A stretch of 40,000 bases of DNA, from assembly GCA_016703225.1 (NCBI GenBank), contig JADJCM010000001.1, forward strand, positions 832,088-872,087, given 5' to 3'. Position 1 is the first letter of the stretch; every line of letters starts with the position of its first letter. Positions 1 to 9,201 of this stretch are shown here, piece after piece. Source of the DNA: Lysobacterales bacterium (lineage in GTDB: Bacteria > Pseudomonadota > Gammaproteobacteria > Xanthomonadales > Ahniellaceae). The notes below the pieces were generated by a model. That model was not told the origin of the DNA. It saw only the letters and a program-made list of their open reading frames with translations, and searched no databases. The position numbers and the translations under genes were made by a program.

Positions 1-1175
1 GCGAACCCGAAGACCCGGAGCAGTTTCTCGCGCTGCATCGCCGCTACGGCGAACGCTTCGTCGCCACCCGCGGTGAGCTGTGCCGGCGAATGCCGCCGCG
101 CCAGCCAGGGCCACTGCGCATCGCCTACCTCGGTGTCGACGCGCACACCGCGCTCGCCCGCTTCGTGCCGATGCTGGCGACGCACCACGACCGCACCCGC
201 TTCCATGCTGCGTTCTTCTACGGTGCCAGCGACGAGGCCACGATCGGCGAAGCGCGCCGCCGCTTGCCGCAGGTCGCGCATGTGTCGGTGCGCGACCTTG
301 ATCCGCACCGCCTAGCGGTTTCGCTCGCGCACGGCGGCGTCGACATCGCCGTCGATCTGATCGGTCACGGCCACGGCTGCGTGCTCGAAGCACTCGCCTG
401 GCGACCGGCGCCGCTGCAGGTCACCTGGCTCGATTACGTCGCCACCACCGGCGTCGCCGCCATCACTGCGCGCCTCTGCGACCGCTGGACCGATCCGCCC
501 GACGCGACGGCGTGGTGCAGCGAGCAGGCGCTGCGCCTTGACCTGCCGCAGTGGTGTGCGCAGGCACCGCAACCGGCTCCGGCACGGCGCAGCGGCGGCG
601 CACCGGGGCCATTGCTCGGCATCGTCAATGCCACCAACAAGGCATCGCCGCGCTTGTACCGGGTTGCCGCGCGCGTGCTGTCCGAGGTCGCCGAGGCGCG
701 CCTGCGCGTGATCGGCGTCGCCGGCGAGCGCGCCCGCAATGCCGCGCGCGCACACTTCGACGAGGCACTGCAACCGCGCATCGACTGGGTCGATCGGGTA
801 TCCGAAGCCGACTACCACGCGCTCGTCGCCGGCATCGATGTCGCGCTCGATCCGCTGGTGTTCAGCGGCGCGACCACCACCCTCGACTGCCTGCACGGCG
901 GCCTGCCCGTGCTCACCTGCCCCGGACAGTTGCCGCACACGCGCTCGAGTTACGCGATCCTGGCGCACCTCGGTCTCGACGAACTGATCGCTGCCGACGA
1001 CGAGGATCTGGTCGCACGCGCCGCCGCATTGCTGCGTGATCAACCGCGCCGCCGCGCACTATCGGCACGTCTGCCGGCACTGGTCGCGAACTCCTCGCTG
1101 ACCGATCCGGCGCGCTTCATGCCGGCACTCGAAACGGCGCTGCTCGACGCCTACCAGCGCGCCACCGTGGCGTGA
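1..1175 (+). CDS. GT41/SPINDLY-like O-GlcNAc-transferase-family protein, C-terminal catalytic part (5' end off-window)
   Basis: The frame is open from base 3 (EPEDPEQFLALHRRYGERF) into tracked ORF 90..1175. The blocks LRIAYLGVD..HDRTRF, DIAVDLIGHGHG, RPAPLQVTWLDYVATTG and LPVLTCPG follow the layout of bacterial TPR-GT41 proteins (recognised from memory, no search run). Confidence 0.55.
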   Translation, partial: EPEDPEQFLALHRRYGERFVATRGELCRRMPPRQPGPLRIAYLGVDAHTALARFVPMLATHHDRTRFHAAFFYGASDEATIGEARRRLPQVAHVSVRDLDPHRLAVSLAHGGVDIAVDLIGHGHGCVLEALAWRPAPLQVTWLDYVATTGVAAITARLCDRWTDPPDATAWCSEQALRLDLPQWCAQAPQPAPARRSGGAPGPLLGIVNATNKASPRLYRVAARVLSEVAEARLRVIGVAGERARNAARAHFDEALQPRIDWVDRVSEADYHALVAGIDVALDPLVFSGATTTLDCLHGGLPVLTCPGQLPHTRSSYAILAHLGLDELIAADDEDLVARAAALLRDQPRRRALSARLPALVANSSLTDPARFMPALETALLDAYQRATVA

Positions 1176-1924
1176 GCGAGACCGCGCCGCTGTCGCTGTT
1201 GCACGTCGACGAGGAGCTGCTGGTCGTGGCCAAGCCGGCGCGATTGCTGGCACATGCCAGCCGCATCGCCGCCGACGTCGATGACGATCTGCTCGACCAG
1301 TTGCGTCGCCAATTCGGCGACACGGTGAACCTGGTGCATCGCCTCGACCGCGCCACCAGTGGTCTGGTGCTGGCCGCACGCACGCGCGAGAGCGCCAGTG
1401 ATCTCGGCAAGCAGTTCATGGCGCGCACCATCGAGAAGCGCTACCTCGCGGTCTGCCGCGGCTGGCCGGACGAGAGTGGTGAGATCGACTATCCGCTTGG
1501 CGACGTGCGCCCGAACTCGCCGCGCAAGCCGGCGCTGACGCGCTATCGCCGGCTCGCCACCGTCGAGGTGCCGATCGCGCTCGGCAGGTATCCACAGCAA
1601 CGCTATGCACTCATGGCGGTCGATCCCGAGAGCGGCCGCCACCGCCAGATCCGCAAGCACTTCCACCACATCTCGCATCATCTGATCGGCGACACCAGCC
1701 ATGGTCGCACTGAGCACAACCGTCTGTTTCAGCGCGAATGGCAGGTCAGCCGCCTGCTGCTGCATGCGCAGCAGCTTGCGTTCACGCATCCGGCGAGCGG
1801 CGAACGCCTCGTCTTCAGCGCTCCGCTCGACGACGAGTTCCAGCGCGTGCTCGATGCCTTCGGCTGGAGCGACTACCATCGCCATACCCCGGCTTGCGGA
1901 GTTCCGCGATGGTTCGCTCAGTGA
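1172..1924 (+). CDS. truC: tRNA pseudouridine synthase, RluA family (TruC-like)
   Basis: Motifs HRLDRATSGLVLAA (catalytic Asp), KRYLAVCRGW, TRYRRLATVEVP..GRYPQQRY and GRHRQIRKHFHHISHHLIGDTSHG are collinear with E. coli TruC as recalled. The GTG start overlaps the upstream stop (GTGA). Confidence 0.8.
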   Translation: MSETAPLSLLHVDEELLVVAKPARLLAHASRIAADVDDDLLDQLRRQFGDTVNLVHRLDRATSGLVLAARTRESASDLGKQFMARTIEKRYLAVCRGWPDESGEIDYPLGDVRPNSPRKPALTRYRRLATVEVPIALGRYPQQRYALMAVDPESGRHRQIRKHFHHISHHLIGDTSHGRTEHNRLFQREWQVSRLLLHAQQLAFTHPASGERLVFSAPLDDEFQRVLDAFGWSDYHRHTPACGVPRWFAQ

Positions 1925-2442
1925 TTGTCGGATGGGCACTGGTTGCGTGCAGTGCCGCATGGGCCAAGGTTGACGACGTCAGCGCGACCGGTTTCAAGGT
2001 CAGCCACGAGGTCGCGCTCAAGGTGCGTCCGGCTCGGGTGTGGCGGTCGCTGGAGCGCATCGAGCAGTGGTGGGACCCGGAGCACACCTGGTCCGGTGAT
2101 GCCGGCAACCTGCGCCTGAAGCCCGAAGCCGGTGGCTGCTTCTGCGAGCGCTGGGGCGGGCAGAGCGTGGAGCACGCACGCGTGATCTGGGCGCACCCAG
2201 GGGCGCGACTGCGGATGCTCGGTGCACTCGGGCCGCTGCAGGAATGGGGTGCGAGTGGCGTCGCCGAATTCGTGATCGAGCCGCGCGCGGGCGGCAGCAC
2301 GCTGCGCTTCAGCTACACCGTCAGCGGCGATGCCCGCTTCCAGTTCGACCAGGTCGCGCCGGTCGTGGACCGGGTGCTCGGTACCCAGGTCGAGCGTCTG
2401 GTGCGCCACGCCGAGACCGGGTCGCCGGTACCGGGTCGCTGA
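1909..2442 (+). CDS. SRPBCC/AHSA1-like domain protein with N-terminal signal peptide
   Basis: This is the 3' part of tracked ORF 1738..2442, with the start moved to ATG 1909 ([19 protein letters not shown] signal-like). The remainder is about 160 aa resembling the AHSA1/polyketide-cyclase-type SRPBCC fold ([23 protein letters not shown]). Confidence 0.65.
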   Translation: MVRSVIVGWALVACSAAWAKVDDVSATGFKVSHEVALKVRPARVWRSLERIEQWWDPEHTWSGDAGNLRLKPEAGGCFCERWGGQSVEHARVIWAHPGARLRMLGALGPLQEWGASGVAEFVIEPRAGGSTLRFSYTVSGDARFQFDQVAPVVDRVLGTQVERLVRHAETGSPVPGR

Positions 2443-2965
2443 GGCGGTAGCGACCGGGTTCGATTTCGCCAAGCGCGAACTCGCCGCTGGCGATGCGGAT
2501 CAGACGCAGCGTTGGCAAACCGACGGCGGCGGTCATGCGTCGCACCTGGCGGTTGCGCCCTTCGCTGATTGAAAGCTCCAGCCAGGCATCGGGAATGGCC
2601 TTGCGCACGCGGATTGGCGGATCGCGCGGCCACAACGATGCCGGGGCTTCGATGCGACGCGCCTCGGCCGGACGTGTCGGACCATCGTTCAACATCACGC
2701 CGCGGCGCAGCGCCTCGAGCTGCTCGTCGCGCGGATCGCCCTCGACCTGCACCCAGTAGGTCTTGCGATGCGCATGCTTCGGATCGGTGAGCCGATGCGC
2801 CAGCGCGCCGTCGTCGGTGAGCACGAGCAGGCCTTCGGAATCGCGGTCGAGGCGCCCGGCGGCATAGACGCCGGGCACGTCGATGAAATCGGCCAGGGTC
2901 CGACGGCCCTGCCCGTCGCTGAACTGGCAGAGCACGTCATAGGGCTTGTTGAACAGGACGATCAA
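2321..2965 (-). CDS. rluE: 23S rRNA pseudouridine synthase, RsuA/RluE family
   Basis: [73 protein letters not shown] are collinear with E. coli RluE. The start is chosen at TTG 2965, overlapping the upstream TGA (ATTGA). The in-frame ATG at 3121 would overlap the upstream gene by 160 nt. Confidence 0.75.
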   Translation of the reverse strand: MIVLFNKPYDVLCQFSDGQGRRTLADFIDVPGVYAAGRLDRDSEGLLVLTDDGALAHRLTDPKHAHRKTYWVQVEGDPRDEQLEALRRGVMLNDGPTRPAEARRIEAPASLWPRDPPIRVRKAIPDAWLELSISEGRNRQVRRMTAAVGLPTLRLIRIASGEFALGEIEPGRYRLSDPVPATRSRRGAPDARPGYRAPGPRPARPGRTGSGHRR

Positions 2966-3888
2966 TCGCCGGTCGCAGGTGCCGCAGGTTCCGCCGGCGC
3001 CTCGCCGTCGGCGCCCTCGCTCGGCTTGCGGAAGCGCAGGGTCATGCGGTCGGACTCGCCGATCGCGGCGTACTTCTCGCGATCGACTTCCTTGAGCGCG
3101 AAGCTCGGCGGCAGCGTCCACACGCCTTCCGGGTGATCCTTGGTGTCCTTAGGATTGGCATTGGCCTCGCTCTTCTCCTCGAGCACGAAGCCGGCCGCGG
3201 TGGCCAACCCGATCACATAGTCCTCGGTCAGATAGCCGCTTTCCTTGGTCGCCTCGAGCGTGGTGCCCGGGTTCGCGCGGTGTTCGACCACGCCAAGCAC
3301 GCCGCCTGGCTTGAGCACCGCGAAGAACGCCTTGAAGTAGTCGCCGTCGTTTCCGGCCATGGTCCAGTTGTGCACGTTGCGGAAGGTGACCACGGCGTCG
3401 GCCGAGTTCGTTTCACCAAAGCTCGGCGCCTTGGTGTCGAAAGCGTGCAACTGAACCCGGTCGAAGACCGCAGCGTTGGCTGCGAACTTGTCGGCCAGCG
3501 CCTGGTTGGACTTCTTGTAGTACTCGGACGCATCCGCCGCCGAGGTGTCCCAGATCGCCGCGACCAGCTTGCCGGCATCACGCAGGTAGGGCGCGAGGAT
3601 CTCGGTGTACCAGCCGCCGCCGGGGGTGATCTCGATCACCGTCATGCTCGGGTGGAGGCCGAAGAACGCCAGCGTCTCGCGCGGATGACGATACGGATCG
3701 CGCGCCTTGTTCTCGTCCGAACGATGGCTGCCGGCGAGGATGGCGTCGAACGGATCGGCCACCGGTTCCGCAACCGTGGGCGCGGGCGCGGGCGCCACCA
3801 CCGGCTCGGTGCTGGTCACCGGTTCGGGTGCCCCGCCACAGGCGGCAAGAGCGAGCAACAGGGCCGAGGACAACAGGGCGGTGCGCAT
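2962..3888 (-). CDS. lipoprotein, class I SAM-dependent methyltransferase-like
   Basis: Lipobox [17 protein letters not shown]. The methyltransferase-like core includes [19 protein letters not shown] and [12 protein letters not shown]. The tail is low-complexity and Ala/Pro-rich. Confidence 0.65.
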   Translation of the reverse strand: MRTALLSSALLLALAACGGAPEPVTSTEPVVAPAPAPTVAEPVADPFDAILAGSHRSDENKARDPYRHPRETLAFFGLHPSMTVIEITPGGGWYTEILAPYLRDAGKLVAAIWDTSAADASEYYKKSNQALADKFAANAAVFDRVQLHAFDTKAPSFGETNSADAVVTFRNVHNWTMAGNDGDYFKAFFAVLKPGGVLGVVEHRANPGTTLEATKESGYLTEDYVIGLATAAGFVLEEKSEANANPKDTKDHPEGVWTLPPSFALKEVDREKYAAIGESDRMTLRFRKPSEGADGEAPAEPAAPATGD

Positions 3889-4038
3889 GGGCGTTCTCTC
3901 CGTGGGAAAGCGCGCAGGGTATCAGCGTCCCGCCACCACTCCGAAGGGCATCCCCGGAGCGCGCCGGCTTTGACGGCACAGCGACCACGGGTCGGCACGG
4001 CAGGGACTATTGATCCGGCCAAGTGAAGTTTGAAGTTT

Positions 4039-4794
4039 TCAAGCGGCATATTTTACGCGCGGATCCTGGAAATAGCTGCGCACGCGCTCGGGTGATTTTT
4101 CGAGTCTCTCCATGTGCTCGGTCGCGGCGGCTTTCAGCCGTGCCTTGGTGCGTGCCGGGACTTTCGAGCCGATGTGGTGCTTGAGATCGGCGTTGAGTCG
4201 TTCTTCGGGATTCAGTTCCGGGCTGTAGCTCGGCAGGTAGAACAGTTCGATCTGCTCTGCGCGTTCGGCGACCCACGCTTTGACCAGCTTGCTGTGATGC
4301 ACGCGCAAGTTGTCGAGAATCAGAAACACCTTGCGCGTCGTGTCCTTGATCAGCGCGCCGAGAAACTCGATCAATCGATCTGCGTCGAATGCATCGTCGA
4401 TGATCATCCAGCGCGTCTTGCCCTGGTTGGTCACGGTCGCAATCATCGACAGCTTCTGGCGCGTACCGCCGACGGCGTAAGCCACCGGCGTCTTGCCTGC
4501 CGGCGCGTAACTGCGACCACGCACATCGGTGTTGACCAATGCGGTTTCGTCGCCCCAATGAATCTCTGCGCCTTCGGCTTTCGCGCGTCGCTCGACCTCC
4601 GGATACTGCTCGTCGAGCCACGCCTGCACCGCTTCCGGGCGCTGTTCGTAGGCCTTCTTGATCGGATTCTGCGGCTTGAAGCCCCAGCGCAGAAGGTAAT
4701 TGCCGACCCCGCGCACCGACAGCGTGATGCCGAGTTCGCGCTCGATCAACTGCATCACCGCTGATCGCGTCCACAGCGCCCAATCCATCTTCAA
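4039..4794 (-). mobile_element. IS630-family transposase remnant (DDE domain only, N-terminal HTH part missing)
   Basis: LWTRSAV..LSVRGVGNYLLRWGFKPQNP, IHWGDETAL, LILDNLRVHHSKLV and YLPSYSPELNPEERLN are IS630/Tc1-mariner DDE_3 hallmarks. About 100 N-terminal residues are absent, because an unrelated gene starts at 4831. The outer IS end probably lies near TA 4008-4009, where composition changes (inference). Confidence 0.8.
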
Positions 4795-4830
4795 CTATAT
4801 TCGTGCCGCGTCAATAGATACGATTTTCAG

Positions 4831-5715
4831 ATGTCGGAAGAACAGATATCGTTGCCGCTCTTGCCTCTCTCATCGGAACATCTTGTGAGTAATCTGGCCG
4901 TTCGATTCGGGGCGATCGCATGTGTTGTCGCCCTGATCTCAGCATTCTCAACTCCCTCCGAAGCGAAGCCGAAGAAGCCACCACGCGGCACGGTCGTCAG
5001 CGTGACGGACGAGAAGCCCGACCTGGTCGTTCGAATCGAATCGCGGATTCGGGCAAAGGAGTTCGTGGGCGAGTTCGCTGACTCCATGCTGGAGCAGGTG
5101 ATGTTCCTCGCCTGGCCGGGCGATATTGCTATCGAGTACCGAGTTAATGCGTCGGGCCGCGAGTGGTATCTGTTTCTTCTGGAGATGAAACGATACGGAA
5201 AGCACACCACCACATCCCCGCGCACCAAGTACAACGAGCCGTGCCGTACGACGTACCGTCAATACTTCGCGATTGATTCGACCCGCAAGCAGATCGAGCC
5301 TTACACCTACCAAGTCACCGAACAAATCTGCGGCGAAACGGTGACAAAGCGCGATGGAAAGTGGTTTGAGCCGCTCCGCATCTTGTTGCCAGGACGCTTC
5401 CAAATGGGAAATCGGTCGGACCTGCCTGCATTGCCGAAGCCGGCGCCTGTTGCGTCAGTTGCACCTCCGCCGGCAATTCCTCAGCCGACGGAAGCAGAAT
5501 TGGCCCCGTTGAAGCGACGCATTGGCACCAAGCTGTGCAGAGACCGCGAGTCCATGACGTTCATCGGCTACACGGAAGCGGTGAGCCCTGATCTCGATCG
5601 CATTCAGATTCGCGTAGTGGCGCAGACCTTCGGCCCGCCCAAGCATTACCCGGTTCGGGACTATCGCCCCGAAATCATCTGGGACGCCCCCATCAACTGG
5701 CGCCTCTGCGACTGA
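4831..5715 (+). CDS. hypothetical secreted or membrane-anchored protein (orphan)
   Basis: 294-aa ORF in the lower-G+C islet. It has an N-terminal hydrophobic segment (FGAIACVVALISAFSTPSEA) and a Pro-rich linker (PALPKPAPVASVAPPPAIPQP). No family was recognised. Confidence 0.45.
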   Translation: MSEEQISLPLLPLSSEHLVSNLAVRFGAIACVVALISAFSTPSEAKPKKPPRGTVVSVTDEKPDLVVRIESRIRAKEFVGEFADSMLEQVMFLAWPGDIAIEYRVNASGREWYLFLLEMKRYGKHTTTSPRTKYNEPCRTTYRQYFAIDSTRKQIEPYTYQVTEQICGETVTKRDGKWFEPLRILLPGRFQMGNRSDLPALPKPAPVASVAPPPAIPQPTEAELAPLKRRIGTKLCRDRESMTFIGYTEAVSPDLDRIQIRVVAQTFGPPKHYPVRDYRPEIIWDAPINWRLCD

Positions 5716-5907
5716 GCGGCGCAGGTTTGACCGAACCTTGACATCGCCCTGACAGCCTTGACCCATCTCAGGCTCGGACACACACTCCGGCGTCGCCTGC
5801 ACGACCGTCGAGTTCTGGACGATGTGCTCCGGTCTTTAGTTTCATTCTGCCGCCAGACCAGTCTTCGGACTCAGTGGCTTCGCCAGCAACAACCAGAGTC
5901 TCCAGAC

Positions 5908-7173
5908 ATGCTGAAGTACCTGCATCTCAAGAACGTTGGACTGGCTCCCGATCTGCGAGTCGAGTGGGCGTCGCGGCTCAACCTGATTACCGGCGACAAT
6001 GGACTGGGCAAGAGCTTTCTGCTCGATCTGGCATGGTGGGCACTGACGCGCACTTGGGCCGGCGCAGCGGCCTTGCCACCATTGTCGGCCAAGAATCCGC
6101 AGATCGAGTATGTCGTTCAGGGCAGGGCTGGAGAGGCCAAGCCAGTCGTTTCAAAGTTCCGTCGGAGCGACGAGACCTGGCCGGTCGATGCCAAGCGCCC
6201 GCCCATGCCAGGCATTGTGGTCTACATCCGCATCGACGGCGGCTTCTCGGTCTGGGATCCGGCGCGCAACTACTGGCGCAACGACCCTGGCCGCCCTGCT
6301 GCATATCACTTCGCGACCAGCGATGTCTGGGAAGGGCTCGACGTAGGTGGGCAGCGCGTTTGCGAAGGCCTCGAACGCGACTGGATCAACTGGCAGGAAG
6401 GCCGCAAGCCTCAGTTCAAGGCGTTGGAGGAGGTACTGCGCGAATTGTCGCCCATCGCAGAGACGTTGCGCGCCGGCCCGCCGCAACGTCTGTTCATCGG
6501 CGAAGGTCGCGATCGCCCCACCCTGCTGATTGGCGGCCAGACGGTGCCGGTAGCGTTGGCCTCGGCCGGTGTTCGCCGCATACTCGCTCTGGCCTATTTT
6601 CTTGTTTGGGCGTGGCACGAGCACCGCGTGGCGGCGGAACTGCTGGGCAAGAAGCCTGAGTCACGCGTCGTGATCCTTTTCGACGAACCGGAGACCCACC
6701 TGCATCCGCGCTGGCAACGCACGATCGTGCCCAGTGTCCTGGCTGCGGTTGACGCGCTATGGGGCCGATCCGAAGCCCCGCCGCAGATGCTCCTTGCATC
6801 GCATGCACCGCTGGTTGCGGCGTCTCTGGAGCCGTTGTTCGACAGCCTCCAAGATGACGTGGTGCGACTGGAGATTCAGGGCGGTGTGGTGACGATCGAA
6901 CAGGGCGCCTGGGCGCCGCAAGGAGACGCCGCGAACTGGCTGGTGTCCGAGACTTTCGGGTTGGAGCAGGCGCGCTCGCTGGATGCCGAGCGGGCCATCG
7001 AAGCTGCCGAAGCCTTCATGCGAGGGGACCAGGGCGCGCTACCGAAGGGACTCGATTCCAAAGCCGCCATCCACAAGGCGCTTGCGCGCCTGCTGCCCGC
7101 GCACGACCACTTTTGGCCGCGCTGGATCGTTTCGACACAGCAATTACCCGGCAAGCTGGGGACAGGTCGATGA
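5908..7173 (+). CDS. AAA_15/AAA_21-type ABC-like ATPase, Septu PtuA-like
   Basis: The start is moved to ATG 5908 (MLKYLHLKNVG). Walker A is ITGDNGLGKS, the signature-like segment is ASAGVRRILALAYFLVW, and Walker B/D-loop is VVILFDEPETHLHPRWQ. The stop overlaps the next start (ATGA). Confidence 0.75.
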   Translation: MLKYLHLKNVGLAPDLRVEWASRLNLITGDNGLGKSFLLDLAWWALTRTWAGAAALPPLSAKNPQIEYVVQGRAGEAKPVVSKFRRSDETWPVDAKRPPMPGIVVYIRIDGGFSVWDPARNYWRNDPGRPAAYHFATSDVWEGLDVGGQRVCEGLERDWINWQEGRKPQFKALEEVLRELSPIAETLRAGPPQRLFIGEGRDRPTLLIGGQTVPVALASAGVRRILALAYFLVWAWHEHRVAAELLGKKPESRVVILFDEPETHLHPRWQRTIVPSVLAAVDALWGRSEAPPQMLLASHAPLVAASLEPLFDSLQDDVVRLEIQGGVVTIEQGAWAPQGDAANWLVSETFGLEQARSLDAERAIEAAEAFMRGDQGALPKGLDSKAAIHKALARLLPAHDHFWPRWIVSTQQLPGKLGTGR

Positions 7174-7736
7174 TCCGCGCGCCAAGGATTCCGGAGCCGA
7201 CAAACTTCGATGTCAGAGTTCGCCGACCAGGCAAGAAATGGCTGGTGGCGAACCCGACGGCGAAGCGACCCCGAGCGCTTTGGGCACCCTACACGCCGAC
7301 GCTTCAAGCCGGGTACGGCGGGCTTTGCGGATACGCTGCGATGGTGGACTTCACCGGTGGCACGATCGATCACTTCCTTGGCATCAAGAATCATCGGAAG
7401 TTGGCGTACGAGTGGAGCAACTATCGCTTCGCCTCGGCCACGATGAACTCAAGAAAGCGCGCTCAGGACGACCGCGTGCTGGACCCCGAGGAAGTGCGTG
7501 CTGGCTGGTTCGAGATTTTGCTGCCATCGCTGCAGATGCGGATGACCGAGAGGGTGCCGGCGCGCCTGCGCTCGAAGGCCGCCCACACGCTGGATCGATT
7601 GGGACTGGCCGATGGAGAGCGGGTCATTCGTTGGCGGCGAGGCTGGTACGAGATGTACCAACTCGATCGTTTGTCGATCGATGGGCTTCGCGAGGTGGCG
7701 CCTCTGATCGCCGACGCGGTCGAGCGGAGCCGTTGA
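7170..7736 (+). CDS. TIGR02646-like HNH-family protein, Septu PtuB-like (Cys ligands mostly replaced)
   Basis: ATG 7170 overlaps the upstream TGA. The core CGYAAMVDFTGGTIDHFLGIKNHRKLAYEWSNYRFASATMNSRK matches the C.YC...IDHF.P...YeW.NL..C..CN..K pattern of AAA-associated HNH proteins as recalled. Confidence 0.6.
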   Translation: MIRAPRIPEPTNFDVRVRRPGKKWLVANPTAKRPRALWAPYTPTLQAGYGGLCGYAAMVDFTGGTIDHFLGIKNHRKLAYEWSNYRFASATMNSRKRAQDDRVLDPEEVRAGWFEILLPSLQMRMTERVPARLRSKAAHTLDRLGLADGERVIRWRRGWYEMYQLDRLSIDGLREVAPLIADAVERSR

Positions 7737-7818
7737 TCAACCCGGTCACCGGTTGATCGGGCCACGGGGTCGGGCCGAGAGATCGGGCCACGAGTGGCCC
7801 TCCTACAGGGGATCGCGA

Positions 7819-8442
7819 TCAGCGCAGCAGCGGCTTGAGCGCAGCGAGCACATGGTCGCGCAACGCCGACTGGGCTTCGGCGATGGGGCGCAGGTTGTCA
7901 TCCATGAAGTTGCCGCGGTCGTCGGAAATCGGGTCGAGCAGGAAGGGCAACAGCGCGGTGCGGTGTTCACGCGCGAGCTCGACATACATCAGGCGGAACT
8001 GGGTGGTGTAGTCGGGGCCGTAGTTGGGCGGCAGTTCCATGCCGATCAGCATGACCTTCGCCTTGCGCGCCTGCGCGGCCAGGATGATGCGCGTCAAGTT
8101 CTGCCGCGCGAGATCGAGCGGCAGGCCGCGCAGGCCGTCGTTGGCGCCGAGTTCGATGATCACAATCTCGGGTTGCTGTTCGGCCAGCACCGCCTCGATG
8201 CGCGCCGCGCCGCCGGCGGTGGTCTCGCCGCTGATGCTGGCATTGGCGACGCGCCAGCCGGACTTCTGCAGCTTGGCGTCGAGCAAGTGCACCCAGCCCT
8301 GCTGCGGCGCCAGGTTGTAGGCGGCCGAGAGCGAGTCGCCGAACACCAGCACGCGCCGCGGCTCGGCGGCCGTGGCCCAGCCCGCGTACAGCAGCGCGAC
8401 CATGACGAAAGCTTGAATTGTATTCTGCAAGACTGACCGCAT
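7819..8442 (-). CDS. tesA: GDSL arylesterase / acyl-CoA thioesterase I
   Basis: VLVFGDSLSAAY, ASISGETTAGG, IELGANDGLRG and the C-terminal D..H region are present. The start is set at ATG 8442 (MRSVLQ.. signal peptide). The gene is divergent from ybbA, as in the E. coli tesA-ybbAP arrangement. Confidence 0.85.
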   Translation of the reverse strand: MRSVLQNTIQAFVMVALLYAGWATAAEPRRVLVFGDSLSAAYNLAPQQGWVHLLDAKLQKSGWRVANASISGETTAGGAARIEAVLAEQQPEIVIIELGANDGLRGLPLDLARQNLTRIILAAQARKAKVMLIGMELPPNYGPDYTTQFRLMYVELAREHRTALLPFLLDPISDDRGNFMDDNLRPIAEAQSALRDHVLAALKPLLR

Positions 8443-8484
8443 GCTGATCGTTCCCGTGTCTGTGCCCGTTGCCGGAGTGAGTGG

Positions 8485-9201
8485 ATGGATGCCCTGCGTG
8501 AGGATGCCATCGTCGAGGTGAACGCCGCACCCGTGCTGATCGAGGTGCATGGGCTGACCCGGCGCGTGGCCCTACCTGGCCGCGAGCTGACCATCCTCGA
8601 CGACGTGTCGTTTCGCGTGCGCGCCGGCGAGTCGATGGCGATCGTCGGCGCGTCGGGCTCCGGCAAGTCCACCCTGCTCGCCCTGCTCGCCGGGCTCGAT
8701 GTCGCCAGCAGCGGCGACGTGCGCATCGCCGGCACCGGCCTAGCCACGCTCGACGAGGACGCGCGCGCGAAGCTGCGCAGCGAGCGCATCGGCTTCGTGT
8801 TCCAGAACTTCCAGCTGCTGCCGGCGCTGACCGCACTCGAGAACGTGATGCTGCCGCTCGAACTCGCCGGCATCGACGATGCCGAGAGCCCGGCCCAAGC
8901 GATCCTCGGCCGCGTCGGCCTCGGCGAACGCCTCGACCACTATCCGCGCCAGCTCTCCGGCGGCGAGCAGCAGCGCGTCGCGATCGCGCGTGCCTTCGTG
9001 ACGCGACCGCAGATCCTGTTCGCCGACGAACCGACCGGCAACCTCGACACCGCCACCGGCAGCGTGATCGCCGAACTGCTGTTCGAACTGAACCAGGCCG
9101 AGGGCACCACCCTGATCCTGGTGACCCATGACGAACGCCTGGCCGCGCGCTGCGCGCGCCAGTTGCGCCTGGACGGCGGCCGCCTGGTGAGCCGCGCATG
9201 A
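8485..9201 (+). CDS. ybbA: ABC transporter ATP-binding protein (YbbA/LolD-like)
   Basis: GASGSGKSTLL, LSGGEQQRVAIARA and ILFADEPTGNLD are present, and the protein is nearly collinear with E. coli YbbA as recalled. Confidence 0.85.
   Translation: MDALREDAIVEVNAAPVLIEVHGLTRRVALPGRELTILDDVSFRVRAGESMAIVGASGSGKSTLLALLAGLDVASSGDVRIAGTGLATLDEDARAKLRSERIGFVFQNFQLLPALTALENVMLPLELAGIDDAESPAQAILGRVGLGERLDHYPRQLSGGEQQRVAIARAFVTRPQILFADEPTGNLDTATGSVIAELLFELNQAEGTTLILVTHDERLAARCARQLRLDGGRLVSRA

Noticed and set aside
7735-7758. 8-bp stem / 8-nt loop hairpin (GATCAACC..GGTTGATC) overlapping the ptuB-like stop codon. A second hairpin, GGGCCAC..GTGGCCC, lies about 30 nt downstream.
   Set aside because: No U-tract follows either hairpin on either strand, so neither is a canonical intrinsic terminator. 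They may mark the islet junction, but I cannot support a specific call.
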